Positions 11,506-25,552 are shown, counted from the first letter of the stretch. The stretch is DNA of 64,000 nucleotides from Neoechinorhynchus agilis (GCA_051530055.1 CM121342.1:13717480-13781479); one strand, 5' to 3'. Made by a program: numbers and translations. Notes: generated by a model not told the origin, from the sequence alone.

Positions 11506-14500
11506 ATGTTTCTCAATGACTCGCTTAACTCCGCTCTAAATACAACAGAGATAAACAAGGCGTTGGCGTCTTTGAGGGTAATGAACTTTTTAAATAAAAT
11601 ATAAACAAAAAGTGAACTTATGGTCGTTTCAGGTTCCAGTGGGAACCACAAAAAAATCAACAAAGAATTTTGATGCTTCGAAGATGAGATGGTGTCCGGA
11701 TAAGCAGGAATTTTATCTCCCATGTGAAATTGTGTCCATTAAAGGGAATGAAGCTACGGTTAAACTAATTACCAAAAACGAGGTAACTCTTTTATACATA
11801 ATAAATTGGTATCAGCCTCTTCATTTAGAAAAGAACGGTCCAAGCAAATCTGTTGGAGGAAATGAATCCGCCCCGGTATGAAAATAGCGAAGATATGGCA
11901 GACTTAACCCATCTGAATGATGCATCTGTCTTACATAATCTCAGATCCAGATATTCTCTAAATCTCATTTACGTTGGTTTTCATCTTCTTAATACTAAAA
12001 ATAATCCATATTCCATAGACATATTCGGGATTGTTTTGTGTAACCGTCAATCCATACCAAAATCTTCCAATTTACGGCTTCGACGTAATGACGGCTTATC
12101 GAGAAGCTGCTAGAAGCTCCAGGCCTCCCCATATCTATGCCGTAACCGATAATACTTATACAAGCATGTTGAGAGGTACCTCCAATTATTTATTAACGAT
12201 ACGCGATCAGAAGTTAAAATATTTTAGAAAAGGAAAATCAATCAATATTAATCACGTGAGTTATAGCATTCTATTAAGAAACCAGCATGATCTTCAAAAT
12301 TTTATCCTTATTCATTCTTAGCAGATTTGACCCAGATTTATCGATTTAAATAAACGAAATATTAGGAAATATGAGAAGTTATCCAGTAATGTTCCTATAT
12401 CGGGGACATAGCACATCAATCACTTTTAGCTATCATCAGCTCGCTCCAAATTGATGACTTTGCGAAAAATAATTGGGCAAGGGCCCATGTTATTTTAAAT
12501 TGTTCAAATAACATTTCGCAGTGGTATATCCGAATTATATTATAGTTGTCGAAAAACAGTTTCACTTGTTAATATATTATTTTTTAAAACTTGGCAATAA
12601 AAGCTGGCTAGGATTTTTTAAATAATCTAACATAAATGAAAAATGTTGTCGTTACAAAGTATCTATTTATTCAATCTTTGTAAACAAACGAAAAATCCTA
12701 AAGTAACTGGAAAATGTTTTTTTGCACGCATTGAAGGACTTGTACAATTTAGGTTTCTCCATTTTCCCCTTCCATAATTGATTTAATTTTTCAGGGGTGA
12801 ATCTGGATCAGGAAAAACAGAGAACACAAAAAAAGTCATTCAATATTTTGCATTTGTTGGATCTGTAGCAGATTCTGCTCAAAATCCGAAAACCGTAAAC
12901 AAGATATACTGCTAAAATTTAGCATGGTTAATTTTCTGAATTTTAGTTGGAAAATAATTTGGAAAATCAGATTATATCAGCTAATCCACTTCTAGAGTCT
13001 TATGGTAACGCAAAAACGATAAGAAACGACAATTCGTCAAGATTTGTTAGTATTAATATTGCTGATTTCTATCTTACTGTTGATTTGTTAAACAGGGGAA
13101 ATTTATACAGATCCACTTCAACAGCTCCGGGAAGATTGCCGGGGCTAACATAAGCACATATTTATTGGAAAAATCAAGAGTGACTTACCAGAATCCAAGG
13201 GAACGTAACTATCATATTTTCTATCAATTGTTGTCCGGTGCGATTCCTGAACTGCAAGGTAAAATATGTGTATGATGTTTCGAAATTGTATATATACATG
13301 ACCGATATGGCTTCGTTGGAAGAAAAAATCGAGTGTTCTATAACGATCGAACTTATCAGATGAGCTAATGAATTATATAGACCTGATACTACTTTAAAAT
13401 GGAATTTTAGTTTAATAGACGAAGCTTAGACAGGGTCCGTAATTTGTAGAGAACGATCAAATGTTTTGCATATGGATAGAGTCAGCCTGCCCAAGAACGA
13501 ATATTTATCACGAACTAAACCATTTAGAACAAATTTTGATTGGTCGTGATGTTTCCTCATATGTTTACGTAAATCGAGGATCGGGGAAAGCGGATACCAT
13601 CAACGACAGCCAAGATATGATCAATACAGATAAAGCCATTGATGTCCTCGGATTCTCGGCTGTAAGTTCTTTATTACTGTCGACCGATAGAAATTGATTA
13701 TAGGGAGAAAAAGCAAGCATATATCGAATAACGGCAGCAGTACTCATCTTTGGAAACGCAAAGTGGAAACAACGGAATCGAGAAGAGCAGGCTGAATGCG
13801 ATGGAACTGCTGAATGTGAAAAAGTGGCTTATTTACTTGAAATTGATGTACACGAGCTCATGAAGTGCTTGTTGAGACCAAGGATAAAGGTATGTGGCTT
13901 AAATGAATAGGAGGTTTCGTTATGTCGCCATGCACGGATTAAACTGCCCTTTCCAGAAATGAGCAGTACTTCGAAGGCACTATCTGCTAATTACAGAATT
14001 TTGCACGAATTTGACTGTTACTATATTAAACCAAGAGCCGATCACCTAATGATTGCTATTCACAGATAATTTGAAATAGTCAATAAGAATTGTTACCCAA
14101 CCCAAAATATTTAGGTCGGCAGCGAATATGTGAATAGAGGACAAAGTAAGGTTCAAGTGACCAATACAGTTGCAGCCCTATCCAAATCGATTTATGAGAG
14201 ACTATTCAATTGGATTGTAACTAAGGTTAATGATAAATTGGCTGCATCGTCCAAAAGAAAGCATTTTATCGGCGTTCTCGACATCGCTGGGTTTGAGATA
14301 TTCGAAGTAAGTATTGTTGCCATCCACCTTTGCAACGATTTCTTCCTTAAAAAGCAAAACAGTTTTGAACAATTATGTATAAATTATACCAATGAGAAAC
14401 TTCAGCAATTCTTCAATCACTATATGTTCGTTCTTGAGCAAGAGGAATACGAAGCCGAGAAGATACCATGGGATTTTATTGATTTTGGCCTCGATCTTCA

Positions 14501-17500
14501 GCCATGTATTGATTTAATTGAAAAGGCATGTATATATAGCACACGAGTTTACAATTTCGAGACAAAACACTTTTTAGCCCATGGGAATATTTTCGATTCT
14601 TGAAGAGGAGTGCATAATACCAAAAGGAAATGATGCGGGATTTGTCACCAAGCTCCTAGAAAAATATGCTGGGAAACATCCGAATTTGAGTAAACACAAA
14701 AGTGGAAAAAGCGAAATAAAAGCCGACTTCGACATACATCATTATGCTGGTATCGTAAGTAAGCTTTAGTCGAAAAGCTACACAAAAGTAAATTATTCTA
14801 GGTAGCATATACGGTTTTCGAATGGCTTGATAAGAATAAAGACCCGGCGAATGTCTCGGTGGCGGGATTGTTTAAGAATTCAAAAAACCAACTTATGGCT
14901 ACACTTTTCGAGGATATGGGGGATGAAGAGATAGGGAGAACTGGTCGAGTTAAAAAGACAGGGAGCATGAGGACAATCAGTGCTATTCATAAAGAACAAC
15001 TCAATTGTCTTATAAAGACTTTAACGGCAACTCATCCGCATTTCGTAAGATGCATCCTTCCGAATGAAGAAAAGAAAGCAGGTTGGTGCTCATCTTTGAA
15101 GTAGGTAGAGTTTCTTAAATTTATCAAAACGAAATCGAAACACTTTTGTCCTATTTAAAAGCGTACAGCCAGTTTTTTCTGCGAGTACACTTGAAGACGT
15201 ACTCTACATTTTCATCGCTTTTTCCAAAAATTTTCCACCGCCAACTAAATTATATTCTTCTAAGCGTAACACCCGAATTTCACAAGGCATTCCAAAGATT
15301 TCCTTTACGCTCCCTATCACTAGGTTTATTCAATGTGCGTTTGGTTATCCAGCAACTTCATTGTAATGGAGTCCTTGAAGGAATCAGAATTTGCCGAAAA
15401 GGATATCCAAATAGAATGCCGTTTTCTGAATTCAAGAGGTGCTACAGCATTTTGGCAGGAAACGATATACCGAAAGGATATGTGGATAGCCGAAAAGTCG
15501 CTGAAATTGTATTGCAAGCTCGTGCCATATCTCAGGATTCCTATAAACTAGGTCAAACAAAGGTACGAGCCAAATAGCGAAACGATCAATCATTATCTAA
15601 AATGCCGTTGAGCAATAACGTTACTCAATTTATGCTTTTTTAGGTCTTCTTTAAAGTGGGTGTTCTTGCAACGTTAGAATCGCTAAGAGAACGTGCTCTT
15701 TCTATAATAATAACCAACCTACAAGCTCGTATAAGATCATATTTATCACTGGCTACCTACCATCACATGCGCAGCCGAAGAAAAGCAATTGAAATTCTTC
15801 AAAAAAATGGACGAACGTATCTTGGGTTTCGAAATTGGAAATGGTGGAGTCTTTATACAAAACTAAAGCCTTTATTGACAGTTGCACGACAAGAGGTAAG
15901 AATAACTCTTAGGTGCTATAATCGTTCAAGCATAATATAGGAAGAAATGTGCCGGCTTAAGCAAGAATTCGATAAAGCGCAAGTAACGATCGAAGCTGAA
16001 ACTGCGAAAAGAGCAGTGCTAGAATGCCAGTCAGCTAGTCTTATGAAGGAAAATGATGATTTAAAGTCTCACCTCGACTTAAATAAGGTAAGAAACTTCT
16101 CGATATGTATTAGAACATACAACAAGTAGTATTTGTACGAGATTGTGGAATAGTGATTTAAAACATTTAATTTTTAGGCTTTGCTTGATGCAGCTGAACA
16201 CAAAGCGGAGACGATGATAGAGAAGCAAAAAGAGCTGGAGAGTGAACTGGACGACCTTTCAGAGACTATCTCAAGTCAAGAAGATACAATCAACATGCTT
16301 CGTGGTCGACTTCGCTCAACTGATGAGGATACCCGGAAACAGCAAAATGAAATTCTTAAGCTGAATTCAAGTATTGCCAGCTATGAAACGCAATTAAATG
16401 CCTCTAAGAGTGAAAGAGATGATCTTGAGGTAAGCGTTGCTAATCAGTGGCAGCTTATTCTAACATACGAAATAGGAAAAAGTGAAGAAATTGATGGCAC
16501 AGGTGCAGAAACAGGCAAAAGAACTTGAGAAAAAGCAGAAAGATTTAGCTGTTCTTGGAGATCAAAATGGTGAATTGAATGATAAGAACAAAAAACTTAC
16601 GAAATTGAAGGCAAAATTGGAAAGTTCGGTGAACACTGTGCGTCCATTCGTAATAATGATTTGAAATGATAAACCGTTTTTCTTCGCAGCTTGAATCAAG
16701 TGTCCAAGATTTGACAAAAAGCTTAAACGATCTTAGACGACAAAACACCTCAGATGCAGCTGAAATTGCTAGGCTAAAAGGTCTTTTAAATACTTTGGAG
16801 GGTGAATCGAAGAAGCTGAGAAACGAAATTGACGAGAAGGTGGATCTTATGGCATGTCTAAACAACCAACTTAATGAGGAGATGATAAAGGGTGAAAAGT
16901 TCCATGATATCAACAAGAAGCTCAAGGTAGGTACATGTTCAAATCGCGATAATTTTGAGATTAAATTTAAAAAGGGGGAGAACAATGAGTTACGTAACGA
17001 ACTGGAGAACCTACAAAGTTCTAAATATCAGGTATTTGTGGCCATAGATGTAATTGTATGTCTTTAGCGATTTAAGAACAGGTCGAAGTAGAAAGCGTTG
17101 CGAAGGATGATCAAATTGCTATATTGGAAGAAGAATTAGCAAATAAAACTCATATTGCGAAGCATGATGCCGAGACGAGCAGAATGCGAGAAAAGGAATT
17201 AGATAAATTAAAAATTGAATTGGAACAAGTGAAGGCGAAGAATGAGAAAAATGAAGTAGAGTTTAAAAGAAGATATGAAGCTCTAAAGATCATTTTCTTA
17301 CTGGAACTATTGACTGAAATTAATGCGTGAAATTTTTGAATTCAGCAACTAAATGAAAAATGCCATAGGCCAGGGAAATGCTTGATCGTTTTGTTGAACT
17401 ACACGCTTAAAATAATTTTAACAGCTTCTGTTTATCTTAAATGGTTTTCAATGCAAATCCGTACAGATATTTTCGAATTTATGTTTTATAAAAGTGAAAA

Positions 17501-20385
17501 AATCATTTGATGAGATCGAGCGCGTTTATTGTGAGGAAATGAGCTACAAAAGCAGAACAGCGAATGTGTGAAGATGAACTGGAGAAGAGCAGCAGAAAAT
17601 GGGATAGTAACAGAAAGTCATTACTGCGGCAATTGGACGAGCTGCGAAGTCAAATACGCGAGCTGACTTTACAAAAGGTAAAATGTATGTTCTTTAAAAA
17701 TGGTGAAAAGTAATTGAAATCGCAGGATTCCATGGAAAATTTATATAAACAAGCAACATTGGACATAACGTCCAAACAGTCTCAGCTTACAAAACAAGAA
17801 AATGAGATTAAAGAACTTAAGAGAGAGTGGACCATAATGAGCGACGAGATAAAAGATATGAAGGAAAATTGCGATGTACATTTAGAAGAGATTTTAGTGC
17901 TTAAAAAGGTACGTCAGTTTGTGCAAGTCTTAAATATGTAGTAGCACGATAATTTGAACTTCCGATTAACAAGAATAAATGAATTGTCGCGCTTCCGAAA
18001 TTCTTTAAGACAAACCAGAAACTCAAATCGGAAAATGACGAATACAGCAACGAAATCAGCAGACTCAACAAAGAATTGTGCCAATCAGAGAAATCGAAGC
18101 GTCAATTGGAGCAAAAGAACTCTGACTTGGAAAGAGATTACAGCTCACTAACTCATGATCTATCGGCCCTCCAGACGGCTTTGAAAGCTCTTCAAAATGA
18201 CGTAATATTTTCTCCAATCGAAGAAATTTTAATATTGTGAAAATTTTAGAAAGGTTCGCTAAATTCAGCAGCGCAAATTGAGCTCCAAGCCAAACTAAAG
18301 GAGTTAGAGGAACAAAGGCATGAACTTAATGTAGCTTTAGGAGAAGTAAAAACTCAATTATCGGATACGGCGGTTAAGTTGACAAAGATGACAAACGAAA
18401 GTTCCGAGTCAAAGGTTCACAAACATAAATTTAAATCGTAAATTACGTTCAGTTCTTAAACAGCGGCAATTGAAAAAGTTACAACTTGCGTTAGACCGAG
18501 CAAATGCTGATGTTTCGAAATTCGAGAAAAAAGAAGCTCATTGGGAGAGGAAGTCGGAAGATGATAAGACTGCAATGGGTAAATTGTCCACTCAAATTGA
18601 AACTTTGCACAAAGAATTGTCCGAGAAAAATTCCCTTATTCTGAAATTGGAGCATGAAGTGGAGAGCAAAACAAAAAATACTGAAAACGCCCAGAGGGAA
18701 TGCGCAGGTCTGAGAGGTATGGTAAATGTATTTGTTAGAGAACTTATTCACTTGTTTCTAAAGCGAAAATACAGCAAATAGAACAAGATCGATACAACGA
18801 AAAAGATGATGAAGAAGAGATTAGGATGCTTGAGATGCGTATTCATGATAAGGATGAAGAAATTGATGCACTTAGGGAGAATGAGGCGGAGCATAAATTG
18901 ATTATCGAGAAGCTAGAAGTTGAACTGACCATGACCAAACAGCGATTGACAGGGGAGATAAGGCTCCACCTGGAGCAAATGAATGAAATGAAAAAAGAAT
19001 TGGAAGATAAGATTGAGGTGGCAAAGAATGAAAGCGATTCACTGAAGAAGACAAACGATGGACTAAAAACCGAAAAATTTAATTTGGAGAAGACCATGCA
19101 AAGGTGGAGTAAAAATTTGGAGGATAAAAACGAAGAGATTCGAATTTTGAAAAAGAAACTATCGACGGAATCAGATAGCGCAAAGGTTTGTATGAGTATT
19201 CGTCCAGTTAGCGCTGGTTAGCAAGATAGGGGGATGTTGAGACAATATTCATAAGTCCAGTTGATTTTATTGCAATTTTGAATCAAAGATGAGCCAGGAC
19301 ACCACTCGGGTAATCATAATTTTTAATGAAAGTGTGGGCACCAAATTTGAGTCAAATGATTTTTCATTTTCGAGATCTCACATTCAAAGCCGATTTCTAT
19401 GTGCTAGACTTTTAAGTCCCTTAAATACCCAGATTCTTGACTTTTATTTGGAAGAAAATAAGAAATATTGCATATTTTCGCACGAAAGCCATCATATTTC
19501 AATGATAATTCTGCATAGAGCGCCCATGAAGGATTCATACAATGCAAAAAGGAAAAGAATGAAGTAACTTTGCAGTTAGATTCTGAAGTTCGGCAAACCA
19601 TCAAACTGAGAACTGAAATCGACCAACTAAAAGATTCACTTGCCCATCTAGAGCGTATTAATAGCAACAGTGAGAAGAACTGTGATGAATTAAAGGACCA
19701 AATTCGAGTGCTTGAAAAAGCGAATATTGCACTCCAAGAAGAGCGTATTTTGTCCGATCGGAAATCAATGGAGTTATCATCTGAATTGGAAGATGGTAAG
19801 TTGTCACTTGATTTGTTGAACCAGCAAGTCTCGGAGCTGAAGGAGAGTGTAAACAAAATACGAACGAGTTTGACTAAAAAGGATGAAGAACTCGTTTCAG
19901 CAATAGTGGCGCGTGAGTCTGCTGAGAAGAGGTATCAATCACTGAAGAATGAAATGGCAGATGAACTGGCGCAACGCGAACGTGAGTACAACCGCGCGCT
20001 TGAGGAGTTTCAAGAGAAACATCATGCTGCTCTGATCGAAATTGAAACCTGCACCACGCGGCACAACGAAGCTTCTCGGAATTTTAAGGCAGCTAATCGG
20101 AAAATCAAAGAAATGAATGTGAACCTACTGGAAGCTGAGAAGACTATCAGTGTTCTTAATGAGACCATATCCCAACTTCAACGAAGGAATGCGCTTTATA
20201 AACAGCAAGCCGAAGAGTCCGATAAAAATGCCGAGATTAATTTAGCCAAATTTAAACAAGCATCGAATGAAGCCACATTGGCTGCGCAGCGTGCTGATTA
20301 TATGCAAAGTCGGATGTCAAAAATGAAAGCGAGACAAAGAAGTGGATTCACGGATCACTCAGCTGCCTCGACAACCGATTCTTAA
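11506..20385 (+). CDS. Mhc: Striated-muscle-type myosin II heavy chain, multi-exon
   Basis: [27 protein letters not shown]-loop [69 protein letters not shown], an IQ region and [14 protein letters not shown]. The heptad rod ends YKQQAEE...NLAKFKQ...[13 protein letters not shown]. The start codon is approximate and one junction near 17.3-17.55 kb is unresolved. Confidence 0.95.
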
Positions 20386-23258
20386 ACAGATTTTTCAGTT
20401 TTTCCCGCAAATATAGCAGATTCCTCACGAACAAGTCTTTTGAATAGCCATAAAACGCGTCTTTTTCTTATTTCAGGATAGAAATTCGATGCCACCGTGA
20501 CACACGATCTTCTCATGAACACGTTTGCTAAGCTGGCGAAGAATTGGCATAACACGAGAAAACATAGACCGGGTGTAACATAAGAACTTAGACGGTCCGA
20601 TTTGGGGACACATTGAGATGTTTGGTATAAGTTGTCAAAACGAACATCAGTATCGATACGGTTGAAAAACATTTGAAGGGACTGAGCTATAAATCCATTG
20701 CCACCGATGTATACCATTAAGCGATGTCGTCCTGTGTGGCTCACCGTTATATTACCATGTTGCTTTGCTGTTTCGAAGATAAGATTTATGCTATCATGAA
20801 TGTATAGAATAAGAAACACTCCAAGAGCACTTAGGGCAGAAAGGTTCTTCGACTTTGGGTAGGCTCCTTTAAAACATTGCGAAATTTATATTTAGGATCC
20901 ACGTTTTACAGAAGGAGAGCCATTACGTAAATATCTCTCTCAAAATTTTCCCAATTAGCAAACAGAATGGCAACGTACCAACAAGCAATTCGGTCTGCAT
21001 TGACAACTCGTCTATTGCTTCAAGTTATTTTGAGTACTGACATTATTAATGTTTACATTGAATACCTGAATAAGAATCGATTGACAAATGGTGGAATTTT
21101 GTTTCCAGCGATAAGCGATTGCGTTAAAAAAAGATCTACTGCTGTTATTATTTATAAAAAAATCAGAAAATGCTCGAAGAACTCTTGTGCTTCTATAGAA
21201 TCGTAGATCCAAGAAATCATCAATTGGTTCCACTCAGAAGGCGTCATTCCGTAACTCCGCCTTAGTTTGTTCCTTTTACATGCCTCTTCTAAATCCACAT
21301 GAGATTCACCCATCTTTAGTCTAGTTTCGTTTAGCTTTATCAGCCATGGATCGATTTTATCATTAAAAAAACTTGGATCAAAGTAGAAATTGTTAACGAA
21401 TTTAAATGCTTGCAAAAGGAGTAACACTCCTAGATATCCAGCGAATATACGCACTGAGGCCAGTGCGATCGAAACCATGGAACCGGTTCTTCTGATTTCA
21501 TCCAAGAAACGAGCAAGGAGATTCTTAGGGTGCCTATATGCAACCGACGATGGCGGAATGACCCTAACGCGCAATGAAACATTATAGATGGATTCCATAG
21601 CTTCCTCAGCCTTTCGAACATTTTTAATCATCTCTCCGGTATTTGGCAGCATAAAATCAAGAAGACTAACGCAATTAGATGCGATTTTAATCTTCTGAAA
21701 CGGGTATTCTACTGCGAAATCGCAAAACTCTTTGATCGATGTGGATCGGACCTGGTTTGGTTCACAGTTAAAGATATTTAAAATGAGATTTGAGATACAT
21801 GAAGATCGTAACCGTAATTTTCATCCGATGATGTACGTATTCTTGGGAACACTATTTTCTTTGAAACGAAAGAGAGTTGGATAGGATCCACAGATATATG
21901 ATTCCTCTACTTTGAACAATAAAATGTGTTATTATAATAATTGTTTGAAGATCGAATTGTTCATGTTTGTATCTAACGTAAAAATTTAAAGAATTTATTG
22001 ATTCCAGTATTACGGCACAATATTGTGCCTTTATCAATGTTTCTTGTAAATTATCTACTATTTAAACTAGGATAAATAAAGAAACCTTGATAAAGACACA
22101 AGATTATGCCGTAATACTGGAATCAATAAATTCTTTAAATTTTTACGCCAAATGCAAACACATTATAATAATTATTGAAGAGAATTTAAAACGAATAGTT
22201 TGGCGAAGTAACTATCGAAGCGTTGATAAAAAGGCGATATTTCTTGTACGGTTCGCTTAGACATTTTTGACTTTCAGAAAATTTACGAACGTGAGAAACC
22301 TTGACTCGTTGTTGCGATAATCTCAAAAACATTACTTACCTCTAAATGATTACTCGTTTTGTACGGGCTCGTGGAGCATATTTCCAGCTTTGAAGGTTAT
22401 CATTCTCCCACCAACCAGTCTATGTTCCAAACCAAAGATCGAATCCACTTGAACGTGCAAAAGATCACAAGTATAGTTAAATAGATGGTCTTGATAAAGG
22501 CCGAAAGGTGCATGAACAACACCTAGCGCTCGAATTATCCAAGCAGACGTAGAATCATCCAGCGTTTTATAGATACATTGCCGTTTCAACCGCTCTCCGG
22601 CTTGCAGACAATTTTGCCTGGCTACGGTAACCATGTGATTGCAGCGGACGATCGCATCCCGTTTAAATTTCACGTATTCCTTCCATCCTTCTTCACCAAT
22701 CGCCGAACTTTTTGACCGATGATAGACGTAATCATCATCTTCTGCGTCGTCTTTCTCTTGGTCTTGGTTCATTATATGTTCCAGTCTAGTGATCACTTCT
22801 CTGGTATTGTTAGCTAAACTCTTATCTAAATCTTTGAGTTCATTAAACAACTCGTTGATGTTAAACAAGGGTCCATAAATTAAGGAAGCGATTTTAGATG
22901 TCACGTTTAAGGTCACACCCATGTAACAACTTGCTGAAAAAGCCAAATATTTCGCTTGAAGTGGAAAACTTCTAAATGGTCCGCTGATCAAAAGATCCAT
23001 CTCAAATGTAAAAATCAGTCCTTTACCAAGATGTCCCGACATCATTATGAACATCACAACACTAACACAGCGAAAATGCTTGCTCGCAGCCATTGAAAGC
23101 GTAGTAACCGAGACGAAGAAAATAATCGGAGAGATTTGCAAGATTGTCAGATTGAGCAATACATCACGGCTGTAAAGACGAAATAGCCACAATGAGAATA
23201 TTATTGATATAACAAGCCCAAATATTGTATGAATCAGATGAATAATTGCCTTTAACAT
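20382..23258 (-). CDS. DC-STAMP domain multi-pass membrane protein (DCST1/2, sneaky, SPE-42 family), spliced
   Basis: N-terminal TM segments with FRCVSVV...LLISGPF...ASC, a Cys-rich ectodomain, a middle block FYFDPSFFNDKI...MTPSEW and the C-terminal DC_STAMP block ...MRRSCVTVASNFYPEIRKRRVLWLFKRLV. Intron positions are only partly resolved. Confidence 0.85.
21964..22160. mobile_element. Hairpin MITE-like element in the DCST intron
   Basis: ~82-bp inverted arms (21964-22045 and 22079-22160). A second family member lies at 36140-36330. Confidence 0.8.
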
Positions 23259-23727
23259 TACTCACTGACTTCATTATATGCTGTGCACGATAATCTCCAT
23301 AGAAACTGCCGGTCTTTTATAATGCAGTGCTCTGTTATCTACTGGAGCGAATTTGCTATAACCTGGACCTCTATTTCATTATATGACGATGAGAAGTGCC
23401 AAAGTATTCAATGGGAATGTCAAATTTACCGTGTTTACAACGACAGTTTAAAATTCTCAATGTATTCTAATTTAGATTTTTATAACCATATCAATCGAAT
23501 ATGATTTCGTGAGCGACTGCTAATCGCGTTTCTAGAAACATTGGAACGCAACGCTTAGAAGAATTATTGCAAAAATTCTCATTACTTGAAATTGTTAAGA
23601 AAATGCAGTCAACACAAGCATTAATTCATTCGAAATTTACGATTTATCGTAAAAATTATTGCAATTTTGTAAAATATTAGACGATTTAAAAATTTCCCAA
23701 AGTGCATGCTACTTAATTTTGTTTAAC

Positions 23728-24297
23728 ATGTATGTATGTATGCAACGGTACTTTCCTACGTTGCACCGTAGGTATAAGCCCGTCAGATAGAATTAGACTC
23801 CGCAAGGGATCTAAAATACACGACAGCAGTCCTGTTATGCGGGCAATTCCCGTCTCTAAAAATCAGGTCATCGTATGTACGACAGTTCCCTTTGCCTTTA
23901 CGATACAATGTCGTTGGCTTCCAGAAAAGAAACTGTTCACGACCTGTGGGCAAGATGCCTCGGACCGAATTATATTGCCCGTGAACTGCATTGTTGATCG
24001 CTTTATCTGACCATCTGACCTTGAACGCCGCACGTAAGAGAGATGAATGATTTTGGTCCAACTGCCTCGTCGCCGTTGGTGACAGTGTCCAGGTCTCTGC
24101 ATTGTAGTAGAGAATGCTCTCAATTAGAGTCCTGAACAGCTGCGAACGGAGTTCATCTGGCAAAGACTCACTGTCAAACAGTGGTTTAAGTTGCCCCATT
24201 GCTCTCCAAGCTATAGCTCTCCGTCGGCTGACATCCGCACTCATCTCAGGAACGACAGCTCCCAGATAGACATATCGCTCTATCTGTTTTAATTACT
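23728..24297 (-). mobile_element. Short 5'-truncated copy of the RTE-like element at 2094-3795
   Basis: Near-identical to 2114-2672 over ~560 bp. (TACA)n tail at 23728-23742. Confidence 0.9.
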
Positions 24298-25194
24298 CCC
24301 CGTCTCATTAAAATTGATTTATCGAAAGCGTTCGACTCCGTGGACCATTCATTCCTTCTCCGGGCCTGCTCCGATTTTTTTCTCAACCCCCATCAGAAAT
24401 TCTCACTCGAACGGACATACCAAAAAACAGAATATCTGCGCGTTAATGAGGAGGACCCAAATGTACATCGGTCTAATTTCTTAAACACGAAAATCAATAA
24501 AACGTGCTATAAATATTAGAAATTTATCCAAAAAGGCACTAATTCAATTTAGGATACGAAACAGCGTAGCTATTAAAACGCATTGTTGTTTAACGTCCCT
24601 CAACATTTTTTCCAAATATCTCAAAATATCTTTTAACTTACAAATAACTCGGAATGAACATTTTAGAACCGGAAACAAAAGTTATGCATCGCTCCATATA
24701 TTTCGATCTTTCGTGCATAAATTGGCATTTTAAAAATTCAAATTGAGATTTTTAAACAACATTGGAAGACAGCGAAGTGAAAATACATTTGCGACAGTCT
24801 GGATTTACTAAAACCATTCAATGTTCAATGAATGTACGATTGGAATATTTTCACAAAGAATTTCGAGCGAAGATCCCGAATTGTTTACTTTTTTGGCTGC
24901 AAGTTCGTTACTTTACTTAAAATTTTATGTCGGCAAAGAAGCCGATTATTTCCTCTCACGACTGGGAGGGATGCTAAAACATGCCACCGGCGATATGTGA
25001 TCCAGCAGCTTCCTGTTGCAGCGAATCAGCGCGGTGATCCAACGCGACAATGCCGCGGCCATCAAGGAAGCTGCCGAACAAACATAACATTTGAAGAAAA
25101 CGAAACTATGTTCATTCACAGAATTTATCACACACTAAAAAAAGCAACTTAGATGTTTTTTGATTTTAATCCTTAATTTAATGCTCACGTGTAA

Positions 25195-25266
25195 TCGGTG
25201 TTAGTATAGTGGTTAGTATCCCCGCCTGTCACGCGGGAGACCGGGGTTCGATTCCCCGACACCGAG
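25195..25266 (+). tRNA. tRNA-Asp(GTC): tRNA-Asp (GTC)
   Basis: Full cloverleaf: acceptor TCGGTGT/ACACCGA, anticodon arm CCCGC-CTGTCAC-GCGGG, T-loop TTCGATT, discriminator G. Confidence 0.95.
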
Positions 25267-25552
25267 CACACGACAGGGCGGTTACCGGGTCCCCTTCACC
25301 GAGCCCCACTAAGCGCAGCTCATTTCCACTTTTCGTTCAACAACTTGAATTTCATTACCCTGCAGCCTTACATGATTGAGCCAAATTTCAAAATTTTAAG
25401 AATCGCATTGTCAAATGCAGGAACCTGCATTCACATTACCCAGTATTAACACAGCTTGCGACTATGAATCGGGTTTACGATCGCAAATAACAAATCGAGA
25501 TAAAGTTTTTCATTAACTAAAGAATTTAATCAGAAACGCGAGTGCTGATCAT

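Noticed and set aside
21152-21154. In-frame TAA in a TM-like run (FLIFL*IITAVD) of the DCST gene, suggesting readthrough
   Set aside because: The true homologous TM is in the 20382-20860 exon, and a phase-2 GT-AG intron (GA|GTTCTT to CCCTAAG|T) can remove this stretch.
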